Source: a virus
Taxonomy: Duplodnaviria > Caudoviricetes
IMG/VR virus record: IMGVR_UViG_3300021425_000048
Location: 1 to 54,927 of that record
Direction: 5' to 3' (one strand)
Length of the DNA: 54,927 bases
The first letter of the stretch is position 1. The number at the start of each line of letters is the position of its first letter. The translations under genes were made by a program, and so were the position numbers. The notes under the pieces were generated by a model. The model worked only from the letters and a program-made list of their open reading frames with translations, had not been told where the DNA came from and did no database searches. This document shows, in pieces, positions 35,098-45,120 of the stretch.

Positions 35098-38000
35098 ATG
35101 GCTAATAATTGGCAACATTTAAATTTCTTTGATAAGAATGGTAAGTATTATAACTTTGATTATGATTCATCCGAAGACAAGTGGACAGGCACCGTATATT
35201 TACCAGAGGTATCGATAGGCTTATTTGAAGTAGGTCAACTTTTCATATTACAAGAATTTGTTGATGCTACTACTAATACAAAAAAGTTTGGTTTTCCATT
35301 TGGTACAGAAGTTTTTACTGGCCAAACTGGTTTTACTGGTGCGACCGATGGTTTTTGTGATTGGGTTGCAGAATGGGAAACGTCAGATCCTACTGAAATT
35401 TTTCTATTTCAGTTTGATATGAATTTCAATACAGGTACCCAGACCTCATTAGAGATTGAACAAGATGGGCCGCCTTTACAAAAAGTCACTTCCCTATCCA
35501 TTCCGCTAGGTGGAGATTCATCATCCACTGTTAATCCTGAAGGCTATATAGTAACAGATAAGATTACATCTGAGGCCTTACAGATAAATGTGGCAATAAG
35601 ATCTGAATCAGAAAATACATTTAAGAGAACACTATTAATTAGAGATAAATGTACCGATGCGGTTATTGCGGAAATACTTTTTTGGGGTGAAACTGTTGGT
35701 GAGGACGAAAGATTAAGAGTTATGACCCAGAACATGGGTTATAATATATTAGAATCTGATAGCAGTGTTTTTAGAGATACTAACATTAAAGAATTATTGC
35801 CTAACTTTGCAGAAGTTAATCTTAAGAGAAAGGAAATAATGTTAGAGGGATCTAACATTTACCCATTTATCGGTTCTTACAAAGGGCTTACTAATGCTAT
35901 AAAGTTTTTTGGTTATGACACACTAAGAGTTAAAGAATTTTGGAAAAACGTAGATGCCAACTCACCACAGTTTGGTAAGTACTTCCAAAGTAATTACATT
36001 GATATATTTGATCCAACGGTGCAGCTTAATGATAAGTCTATAACTCTACCAAATAAAAAATTCAGAAAAACTAGTTTATTTAGTTTAGTATATAGAATTA
36101 ATGAAATTGTTCCGGATAAATTCGACGGTGAAGATTTACCAATAGCAACGGAGAATTATGACTTTACTATAGAAGAAATTTTAATTAAGCTATTTGGTCT
36201 TAAGAAAAAATTAGAAAAAGAATTTCTCCCTCTTAACGCAAGAATTAAAGACATTACAGGTGAAGCAGATTTCTTTGGGTTATTAGAGGTTGTAAATACT
36301 ATCAGTAGAAACGATAAAAGGGAAATAGTCGCTGGTATAGACACAAGTTTTAAACTCTCTACTGATGATTGCATTTATCTAGAAGATTTAAGATCATTTA
36401 GTTCTTTCTGTCTTGCATCAGAAGCTATAGTTGATGAAGCTATTATAAATTTTTGTAATGCATACATTGCGCCATTTTCAACTGGACTAGGTAGAAATAT
36501 TGTAGCTGGTCCTATTAATTCCACTACAGTATATCCACCTCCACCAATCGGCCCTGACGTAAACAGTCCATTAGGTTCACCTTTTGATGGAAATAATGTA
36601 ACGGTTACTGCTTTAGCTGATGCCTTTGCAGCTTATTTTACTAGGTATGCACCAAAGCTTAATAAAGTAGGTGCTTGGCCAGATGGTGAATCTTCTTATT
36701 ATTTACCAGATAAACCTGGCATACCTGTTGGTGCACTCACTACTTTAGAGAATGATTCATTTAAAAACATAACATGGGATAATGTTGACTCTACATGGAA
36801 TCAACTAAATGATGCAAATAAATTTTTTACTTTTGATGTTGACCCACAAGGAGTTGCACCAGGTGACGTCTTTTCTATTACAGACCCGGACACTGGTACA
36901 GGAGCAACATATACAGCTAGCATAGGTGATACTGATGTTACTGTTAGGGATTCTTTATACAATCAATTAGTATCATTAAAGACATCATTTGTTGAACCGT
37001 GGTTCTTTTGGGACATTTCGCAAGAGACTGTAACTACAGGGGCTGTTGTTAGAATATTTGGACAGAACGTAGATAGATTAAAAGTTTCATGTCAATCAAC
37101 AGTAGGATCGCAATTATTATTTAATCAGTTACCAGGTGAGACGCTGTTTACATGGGATGGTATCGAAAAAGGAAATTTTGATGAAATAGAGTGGACTATT
37201 TATAAAGATGCGACAGAGGTGTCCCCGGCTTATTTTAAGATATTTAGAGGACCTCTATCAGAGTATAATAAGTTACCATTAATATTACCGTATGTGGGTA
37301 CATATAGTGTTGAAATGAAGCTTTATGACTTATACAATAATATATCATCTAATGTTAAAACCGATTTTATTTGTGTTGAGTCTAGAGAAGTAGAATATTC
37401 TGGTTGGTATCAATCAAGAAAAGAAAATTACACATGGTCAAGCGAAGGGTCATATAAATGGAATGATTATGGTTCATTATGGAATTTGCCTATTGAACCT
37501 GCAATGACATGGGAAGATGAGACCCCTAGCTTATACGAATCATTGGATAGAGTCAATTCAATACTTAATAATTTTGGCTTAGGTGCATCTCCTAATTTTC
37601 AATTATTAAATTACCAAGATGATGGTGAGGTTAGTTTTAGTGGACCATACAGATGGGATAATTTAGATACTGGTGGATGGAATGATACTTTTCATTTATG
37701 GTGGGATATGACAAGTACAACAGGTGATACTCCGGCATTTTTTCAATTTAAGGAAATAATTCCAGATACTTATTTAAAGATAACTGATGTAAATGGAAAA
37801 ACCGCAGAACATTTTTTTGGTAATAATCCGATTACATTAGCTGATGCGGCAGCTAGTCTAAATACTAGTAAAAATACAATTATAAACAAATATGTGTATA
37901 ATGTAGTATATGATGCATCAAGCAATCAAAAGTATATTCAAGCAGTATGTAGATATTTTGGAGTTCACGGGGATTGGACTTACTTAGATATTGTATATGC

Positions 38001-38391
38001 AGATGGTACAAGAGCATGCCCATCAACAGGTGTCACAGGATCACCATCCCAAACAAGTGATACGGGGTGTCCTAGCTTAATTTATAGAAAAGGGTTACAT
38101 AAGGCCAGTAACCCAACATGGAATACTGCAAAGTTTATTAATGATGGAAAGACCTTGCCAAAAATGACATGGCTTATGTTTGTTTATGATAAATGTAAGA
38201 TTCCTGGTAAAGCTAATCCTAAGTGGACAATTAAGAATACAACTAACTCTAAGATGGCCGATATATATTTTGAGAGTAAATACTTAACTTATTTGTTTAA
38301 AGAATCTGGTAATTACGAGATTACACTTGAACTTACAGATACGAATGGGAATAAATATAAAAAGGATAGAAATATCTTAATAATAAAATAG
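35098..38391 (+). CDS. Large baseplate protein (gp7-like region, Ig/PKD-like C-terminus)
   Basis: GSYKGL.NAIKFFGY; Y.F..SG.YEITLELTD.NGN. Confidence 0.55.
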   Translation: MANNWQHLNFFDKNGKYYNFDYDSSEDKWTGTVYLPEVSIGLFEVGQLFILQEFVDATTNTKKFGFPFGTEVFTGQTGFTGATDGFCDWVAEWETSDPTEIFLFQFDMNFNTGTQTSLEIEQDGPPLQKVTSLSIPLGGDSSSTVNPEGYIVTDKITSEALQINVAIRSESENTFKRTLLIRDKCTDAVIAEILFWGETVGEDERLRVMTQNMGYNILESDSSVFRDTNIKELLPNFAEVNLKRKEIMLEGSNIYPFIGSYKGLTNAIKFFGYDTLRVKEFWKNVDANSPQFGKYFQSNYIDIFDPTVQLNDKSITLPNKKFRKTSLFSLVYRINEIVPDKFDGEDLPIATENYDFTIEEILIKLFGLKKKLEKEFLPLNARIKDITGEADFFGLLEVVNTISRNDKREIVAGIDTSFKLSTDDCIYLEDLRSFSSFCLASEAIVDEAIINFCNAYIAPFSTGLGRNIVAGPINSTTVYPPPPIGPDVNSPLGSPFDGNNVTVTALADAFAAYFTRYAPKLNKVGAWPDGESSYYLPDKPGIPVGALTTLENDSFKNITWDNVDSTWNQLNDANKFFTFDVDPQGVAPGDVFSITDPDTGTGATYTASIGDTDVTVRDSLYNQLVSLKTSFVEPWFFWDISQETVTTGAVVRIFGQNVDRLKVSCQSTVGSQLLFNQLPGETLFTWDGIEKGNFDEIEWTIYKDATEVSPAYFKIFRGPLSEYNKLPLILPYVGTYSVEMKLYDLYNNISSNVKTDFICVESREVEYSGWYQSRKENYTWSSEGSYKWNDYGSLWNLPIEPAMTWEDETPSLYESLDRVNSILNNFGLGASPNFQLLNYQDDGEVSFSGPYRWDNLDTGGWNDTFHLWWDMTSTTGDTPAFFQFKEIIPDTYLKITDVNGKTAEHFFGNNPITLADAAASLNTSKNTIINKYVYNVVYDASSNQKYIQAVCRYFGVHGDWTYLDIVYADGTRACPSTGVTGSPSQTSDTGCPSLIYRKGLHKASNPTWNTAKFINDGKTLPKMTWLMFVYDKCKIPGKANPKWTIKNTTNSKMADIYFESKYLTYLFKESGNYEITLELTDTNGNKYKKDRNILIIK

Positions 38392-38398
38392 AAAAGAA

Positions 38399-39040
38399 AT
38401 GGCAATTAGCGTAACAGAAATTCTTGGAACAGATTCTTTATCAGGATCCAGACTAGTGTTAAACGACAATTTTAACATAGTGACCAGCGAGATTAATGCA
38501 ATGGAGGTTTATTTTAATCCTACTGCAGGAACTATTACTAATTTAAATGATTTAAAAACTGAATCATTAAGAGTTGGTCTTAGCACAATTTTATTAGATG
38601 TAAATGCTTCTACATTTGACATTCTAACCAATGTTAATATGACAGGTAACCTCAATCTTAATGGTGGGGGTTTGGTTAGAAATGATGTAGATCCACAAAC
38701 ACTAAATGATACATTTGCAGCAGGTAGTCCTATAAGCGTAGGTACTAGCACGGCTGTCCCACCTTACACAGTTGAGCGTGTAGGTAATAGCTTAGGGACT
38801 ACAGTAAATATCCAGCTTAATGATGCTGTAATTGGTCAAGAAATTTTCTTTGTATATTCTGAAGCACAGACTGGTGTTATCAGTATCGCAGGGGCAGTAA
38901 CTCCATTAGTATTACCAGGTGGTACTAAAATTGAGTTAAATGCACAGGGTGAAACTGCACACTTACTTTGTGTAGATGATGGCACAGGAAATGGTGTTTG
39001 GTTCTTAGTAGGTGGAACTGGGTATACAATACAACCGTAA
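38399..39040 (+). CDS. Putative short fibre/adaptor structural protein
   Basis: N-terminal D...SR..LNDNF motif. Confidence 0.55.
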   Translation: MAISVTEILGTDSLSGSRLVLNDNFNIVTSEINAMEVYFNPTAGTITNLNDLKTESLRVGLSTILLDVNASTFDILTNVNMTGNLNLNGGGLVRNDVDPQTLNDTFAAGSPISVGTSTAVPPYTVERVGNSLGTTVNIQLNDAVIGQEIFFVYSEAQTGVISIAGAVTPLVLPGGTKIELNAQGETAHLLCVDDGTGNGVWFLVGGTGYTIQP

Positions 39041-39058
39041 TAAAAAGAAAATCAATAC

Positions 39059-41173
39059 ATGGCAACTACGCCTTTAATTAAGACACCACAGGCAGATGGG
39101 GGAACGTTTTACACATTCTCCTCTTCAGCTAGAGATTTATCAAAGACTCTTAATAATGATAACATTAAGCTAGTCTTTTCTAAGTTTGTGCTTTTAAACA
39201 TACCAGATTTTGATAAACTAGATCCTGTTACATTTAGTAACTATGAAAACTATATGCAATTTGATACCATTGATGGTATGATTGCTAGCGGTGGACTAAA
39301 AGCAGATCCTAATGTTAACTTTACTGAAAGCCTTCAGAATTATGCGCTAAATTTAGAAGAGCTTATTATTAGTGATTCTTCGTATGATAATACTCTACAA
39401 CGATCTGTAGCCGAAAGGGTGTTTTTTAAATGGATGAAAGAAACTGGTGCTATGCGATTTCGCGAAGCTACTAATTTAGAAAAAAATCCAGGAGTAACGA
39501 GGCCACTATTTGTAGAAGAAGATGAAAATACTACAGGATCAACTCAATACCGGAGGGTAGTAAAATACATAGGTGATATTGACATTGTAAATAATGTAGA
39601 TAAAGCAGGAGAGGCTTATACAGAACTTTACATTAATGTACCTACTGAAGTTGGTGGAACACCAACAATTTTATTTGATTCTATTTCTGATGCTAATTAT
39701 CAACCAAGTTTAAAGATACAAGGTAAAGATGAATTTATTTTAGGTCGTAATGCAAGTACAGTACAGCCACAAGGTTTAAGTATTAATGCTTTTTATGATT
39801 ATGATCAACCTCTTTTAGGATTAGGCCCCGCTGGATACACTGATCCTAATGCTAATTGGATGGATGAACCAACCCCACCTAGTACAACGGATTCTTACTT
39901 TACTGAACCTATAACATTTACTAATCCAGTGAATGTTAATATAAGAAAATATCCAGGGGATTATAATAATCCTGTAGGTTTTACTGGGTCTGCTTACGTT
40001 AGATCAGAGTTAGATGGTATTTCAGTTGACTTTACATCTAATGATTACGAACAGATTGTAACCGATCCTACTATTTCTACTATTGCACAATTTAATGGTA
40101 CTGATTTAGCAAGTACATTTGAATTCAATGCTGTATTAGTGTATTATGATATGGTGGATACTAGCAATACAGCTAATACGGTTACCAACTTATATGGTAT
40201 TTTATTAGTGGATAACATTACACCAACAACTGATGGTGGGTACATACAGAGGTATCCTAAATATAAACCTAATAAAGTAACAGGGCAAAACGGTAATAGT
40301 TATGGATTTAAAATTAATTTACGATTTGATGCTTCACCAGGAACGGCTGGCATCGACACAATTGTCAATGACTATAACACATTTTCAATGCAGCTCTTCA
40401 GTGAAGCGACTGCACAACTTCAGGAATCTGCAAAAATATTCCAGACCCAACAATTAGAGATATCTACATTAGACCAAAAGGTTCAAGCGTTAGAAAATCA
40501 AATAACTAACGTTTCTGATGTAACTTCCTTACAGGCACAAATTGATAGTGTACAAGATCAACTTGATAATGCTAACCTTGCATTTGCTAATGATACAGTT
40601 TTACTTGATCTTATTGCTAAAAACTCAGATGAGATACAGGCATTAGCTACAGGTAATGTACCAATTACACTTCAGTATAATACTGATGTTATAAGACAAG
40701 GTGCTGGAATTAATGTTAATACAAATGTACCTAATCTTGTTACCATATCATTAGCTAATCAGCAGTATAACTTAACGGTACCTTTTAATAATGACCAGAT
40801 TCAAATAACTGTAGCTAATCCGCTAAACTTAAATCAAGCAACGCCTCAGGTATTTACAGCATTAAGAGAATATACTAATATGCTTAGGTTAGATACCGTT
40901 AATGAGGCTGGTGGTGATCTAAATATTTACATTAATGATACCAGTATCCAGTGGCAAACAGGGCAGACTCTACGACTAACATTTAATAACAACTTAAATA
41001 TAGGATCAAGAAATATAAGAGTATGGACTGATGCACCGAGTAGACTTAATAATGGTTCATATGGAATATCTATGGGAGTTATTGCAAATTCTGATATTTC
41101 AGAAAAACCTATCGTAGAATTTATCTGCACTGAACAAGGTGTACTGAATTTCGTATATGACATCATTAAATAA
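39059..41173 (+). CDS. Putative virion structural protein with a central coiled coil
   Basis: 704 aa; heptad region LDQKVQALENQI. Confidence 0.6.
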   Translation: MATTPLIKTPQADGGTFYTFSSSARDLSKTLNNDNIKLVFSKFVLLNIPDFDKLDPVTFSNYENYMQFDTIDGMIASGGLKADPNVNFTESLQNYALNLEELIISDSSYDNTLQRSVAERVFFKWMKETGAMRFREATNLEKNPGVTRPLFVEEDENTTGSTQYRRVVKYIGDIDIVNNVDKAGEAYTELYINVPTEVGGTPTILFDSISDANYQPSLKIQGKDEFILGRNASTVQPQGLSINAFYDYDQPLLGLGPAGYTDPNANWMDEPTPPSTTDSYFTEPITFTNPVNVNIRKYPGDYNNPVGFTGSAYVRSELDGISVDFTSNDYEQIVTDPTISTIAQFNGTDLASTFEFNAVLVYYDMVDTSNTANTVTNLYGILLVDNITPTTDGGYIQRYPKYKPNKVTGQNGNSYGFKINLRFDASPGTAGIDTIVNDYNTFSMQLFSEATAQLQESAKIFQTQQLEISTLDQKVQALENQITNVSDVTSLQAQIDSVQDQLDNANLAFANDTVLLDLIAKNSDEIQALATGNVPITLQYNTDVIRQGAGINVNTNVPNLVTISLANQQYNLTVPFNNDQIQITVANPLNLNQATPQVFTALREYTNMLRLDTVNEAGGDLNIYINDTSIQWQTGQTLRLTFNNNLNIGSRNIRVWTDAPSRLNNGSYGISMGVIANSDISEKPIVEFICTEQGVLNFVYDIIK

Positions 41174-41198
41174 ATAATAAAAGAAAGTAAAAAGACTA

Positions 41199-44100
41199 AT
41201 GGCTGAAAACAATTCAATATCAACACTTTTACCAGAACTTCTTAGATTATTTAATAATTCATTAGAAAGTTTTGAAAAGGTTAATCAGGCCATAACTTCT
41301 AGTAATGAATCTGTAACTATCAATATTCAAAATGATGATGGGACAAATTCAAGAGTAACTATTCCTAGCTTTGGTTTTCTAAAAAATTCAGTAGATAGAT
41401 TACAATCTAATATTGATACGATAACTAATCTTAATGGTTCTGACAGTTCAATAAGACTGTCAGATGGTACTTTTAGAAAGTTAGTGCTTGCCAAAGTCCC
41501 AACAGAAGCACCTGATTTAAATTCATTAAATTCTATTGAAAGTTTTAATGTTAAATCTAATTGGTTTTTTGAAGAATTAATAAATCCTTTACTTTACATT
41601 TCTTTTGATTTAACTAACCAGGTCCCTATTGATACTGAGAGAGCAATAATCCAAAGATACATTTTAAATACAAATACTCAAACTAAAATCAATTTCTTTA
41701 ATAGTAATTTTGAAGGAAGATCGGATATTGATTATACAACTTTTTTACAAGATATTGTAGAAAGAAATATTTCATATGTATTAGATGAATCTGTTGTTGA
41801 CTTACCTCCTAGAGTAAAAAGATACACTGGAAAGTTTAGTGTATTAAGAATATCAGATGCTACAGTTACAGAGGAAATAAACGGTGTTACTGTCACTTCC
41901 CAAAAGAAACAATATAAACTAAATAAGATATTTTATACTGACTCTAATGCCGATTTTGATGACACCGTTCAACTGGCAGTAGGCGATAGTCTTGAAGTAG
42001 TAAGTAATCCTATTAACACTAGATATAAAATTACAAAATTAGATTCAAGTACTAATACTGTTATATTACAATTAGTTGAAGGATCTGAGCCGATTAGGAT
42101 TGGTGCTGATGTTTTAAAAATTGCATCAAGTATAAATGATGATATTCAAGTTGACGTCACTGTTGGTTTTAATGAAAGATGTGTTACTTTTATTAAACCT
42201 ATTGATCCGGATTCTAAAATCCCATCTGTTAATTGGTCTCCAGGTAGTGCATTTTACACGAATACACTGACCACCATTAATGCTGCAGGTGCGCAACAAA
42301 CATTAGCTGAATTTTATCAGCAAAGTGCTATTGATTTTGGATCTATGCTTTTATCATTTGCCGATGATAAGATTCCTACTACAAGAGAAGGTGTTAAACC
42401 TAATGCACCTGAATTAACAGTAGAGGACTTTGGTGTTAAGTTAATCAATGGTCAAGTTAGCGACTCACCTGCGATAGTAGAGCTAACTGATTTAAATAAC
42501 CAGAAAAATACAATAGAAGCAACTCTTAAGGAACTGGATGGTGCAATTGCACAAAGCAGAACAAAAATACAAACTACAAATTATTCAACTGAAGTTGAGA
42601 GAGATGCTGACAAAAACTCATTACAGGGATTAATTACCGAGCGGTCTTCTCAGGCTGAGTTATATGCATCGGTCGTAAAGGAAATTGATGCTAAGTCAAA
42701 AGATAATTCAGTATCTAGTATTACACCTAAGTATAGAACTAGAGGATTTTGGCCAATGCCACAGGAGAAGTCAACTCCTGCCACTGGAACGCAATCTATT
42801 GTTAAATTTAAAATAAGATACCGATATTTATCTAGTGATGGTGCAGCTAATCCTGTTGACCAATTTACATTTACTGACGGTTCAGGTACTAGCCAAGGTG
42901 CATTTTCAAATTATAATATAGTCGAAAGCGACTTAAGGCCTAGGACAAAGAACCCTATGACAGGGACTTATGAATGGGTTCCTATTAATACTGATAATGC
43001 CGACGCGGTTAATATTAATCAATTAGATATACCTATTAGAAAGGGTGAGCAGGTAGAAGTTCAAGTTAAATCTATCAGTGAGGCAGGGTGGCCATCAAAT
43101 CCATTGGAGAGTGATTGGTCAGATTCAGTCATTATACCATTTCCGGCAGATCTTAGTTCTGATAATGCAGTTGAATCAATTCTTAATCAAAATCAACAGG
43201 ATTTAGCTAAAGTTAGTCTTGAGGAAGATTTAAATGCAAAGGGCATCGATCAACATTTAAGTAGTTCATTTACGGCAAATGAAACCTATTATGCCCACTC
43301 TTCTCCGGTAATTGCCTCAGGGTTTTTGTCTGAAAATCAAACGCCTATTGATTTATTTACTAAGTTAACTGAAATGCAAAATCAATTAGATTTATTTGCA
43401 GAAATACTTAAAAATGCAGAAGGTAATTTAGTCGTAACATTAATAGACGATCAAGGTAATGTTACTAACCTTAAAAGAAATACTGATAATAAAATATTTG
43501 CTGGATTTTATTCACAAGAAGTATCTAATCTCGATGATCCTAGAGGTGCTATCATATCCAAAACATTCTTTATCAATTTAGCTAATAATGAACAGACTGG
43601 ATTGAGATTAATTTCTAGAATAGCTGGTAATAGAAACCGAATGGTTAAGCAATCAGAAAATCCAAATTATACATTAACTGAAGTTACTGGTGGAAGTACA
43701 ATTCTACCTGCTACTTATCCATGGTTAGATAATAGTCAAAACAACCAAAGTAACGGTAGAGCAACTTATACTTCTGATGATGCTGATTATAATACTATCA
43801 GGAAATATGATTTGACACCAGTTCTATTAACCAATCCTACTATTGATATTGATTGGCAATATGGACAAACCACGTCATTAGTACCTTTTCAATCTACACA
43901 AAATAAGAATCAGTTTATTAATAGTAGATTTAGTGATGTTTCATCTGAGGAAACTTTCTATAATTATAATAACCCATCAAATGAGTTTACGTTTAATTTA
44001 GATACTGCCGAAAACTTTTACGGCAGATCTACTGATAGTGCACAAATTGTAACTGGTGAGTTTATTTGGGGTGGTGCATTTAACGAGTTAGGGGAACCTA

Positions 44101-45074
44101 CTACAGCACCATCATATTTACCTGTTACTGGTGACGATACATTAGAGGTACATATCACACACCCTTTTGTTGCATCTTATGCTGCATATAAACAGGCGTA
44201 TGAAGAAAGAACTGGTGATACTACAACATTACCTGCTACTATACCGACTGGTACGTTTTTAGATTGTACTTCTACTTCAGGTAATGGTACTGCAAATGTT
44301 TTATTTAGACATTCTAAATTTATACCATTGCAGTCGGATTCACCAAAGGGAAAACAGCAAGCTATTTATTTAAATGAAAATATAGTTGAACTAAATACGT
44401 TATCAACTACTGGTCTTCTCGCGGGTGCAACATTCCCAGCAACAGGGCAAACATTAGAACCTAGCCCATCTCTATTTTCTATTACTGCATTACAAAGTGT
44501 AAATTCAGGAAATGGCTACAGTAGAAATGTTAAAGGATCATTTTCTAATTTTGATCAATATATGTTAGGAAAGCAAAGCTGTGGATCATACCTATTCTTA
44601 TCATCAGATGATCATAGCAATATTCAAGTTAATGGTGATTCAATTCAATCTGCAGAGGTTGTACAGTTTGGCCAACAAAATTCTATAAACATACCTTTAG
44701 TATTCCAATATAGAATGACTGACTATTTTGGTACAGGATCTGGTAATTCAGGCGGTATTGGAAATATTGCAGGGGACAGCACAGGTGCCACTGTTAATGT
44801 CACGTATGCCAAAAGGATAGGATTTGATATTTATCCTAATAACCAAGATGTTTATCAATACGACATTGAACTGTTTGCAAAATACAGATCTGATAATCTA
44901 AATATAGATGTATTCCCATCGCAGACAGTTACTAAAGGATTAAGTGATTTAGAAAAAGTTTTAACAACACTAAGCCCTTCGGTTACCGCAACTAGAGTAA
45001 ATCAAGTTGTTAGGACCGGTGGTAGAAATATTGAGGCTGTCACTAGAGGATCTAACGAACCTGGTTTAGGTTAA
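41199..45074 (+). CDS. Large putative virion structural protein
   Basis: 1291 aa; coiled coil and FN3-like segment (VQVKSISEAG..SDWS). Confidence 0.6.
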   Translation: MAENNSISTLLPELLRLFNNSLESFEKVNQAITSSNESVTINIQNDDGTNSRVTIPSFGFLKNSVDRLQSNIDTITNLNGSDSSIRLSDGTFRKLVLAKVPTEAPDLNSLNSIESFNVKSNWFFEELINPLLYISFDLTNQVPIDTERAIIQRYILNTNTQTKINFFNSNFEGRSDIDYTTFLQDIVERNISYVLDESVVDLPPRVKRYTGKFSVLRISDATVTEEINGVTVTSQKKQYKLNKIFYTDSNADFDDTVQLAVGDSLEVVSNPINTRYKITKLDSSTNTVILQLVEGSEPIRIGADVLKIASSINDDIQVDVTVGFNERCVTFIKPIDPDSKIPSVNWSPGSAFYTNTLTTINAAGAQQTLAEFYQQSAIDFGSMLLSFADDKIPTTREGVKPNAPELTVEDFGVKLINGQVSDSPAIVELTDLNNQKNTIEATLKELDGAIAQSRTKIQTTNYSTEVERDADKNSLQGLITERSSQAELYASVVKEIDAKSKDNSVSSITPKYRTRGFWPMPQEKSTPATGTQSIVKFKIRYRYLSSDGAANPVDQFTFTDGSGTSQGAFSNYNIVESDLRPRTKNPMTGTYEWVPINTDNADAVNINQLDIPIRKGEQVEVQVKSISEAGWPSNPLESDWSDSVIIPFPADLSSDNAVESILNQNQQDLAKVSLEEDLNAKGIDQHLSSSFTANETYYAHSSPVIASGFLSENQTPIDLFTKLTEMQNQLDLFAEILKNAEGNLVVTLIDDQGNVTNLKRNTDNKIFAGFYSQEVSNLDDPRGAIISKTFFINLANNEQTGLRLISRIAGNRNRMVKQSENPNYTLTEVTGGSTILPATYPWLDNSQNNQSNGRATYTSDDADYNTIRKYDLTPVLLTNPTIDIDWQYGQTTSLVPFQSTQNKNQFINSRFSDVSSEETFYNYNNPSNEFTFNLDTAENFYGRSTDSAQIVTGEFIWGGAFNELGEPTTAPSYLPVTGDDTLEVHITHPFVASYAAYKQAYEERTGDTTTLPATIPTGTFLDCTSTSGNGTANVLFRHSKFIPLQSDSPKGKQQAIYLNENIVELNTLSTTGLLAGATFPATGQTLEPSPSLFSITALQSVNSGNGYSRNVKGSFSNFDQYMLGKQSCGSYLFLSSDDHSNIQVNGDSIQSAEVVQFGQQNSINIPLVFQYRMTDYFGTGSGNSGGIGNIAGDSTGATVNVTYAKRIGFDIYPNNQDVYQYDIELFAKYRSDNLNIDVFPSQTVTKGLSDLEKVLTTLSPSVTATRVNQVVRTGGRNIEAVTRGSNEPGLG

Positions 45075-45120
45075 TTTTTTGCCATCGCTTTGGTGAATAA
45101 ATAAAAAAAGCGAAAAATAA

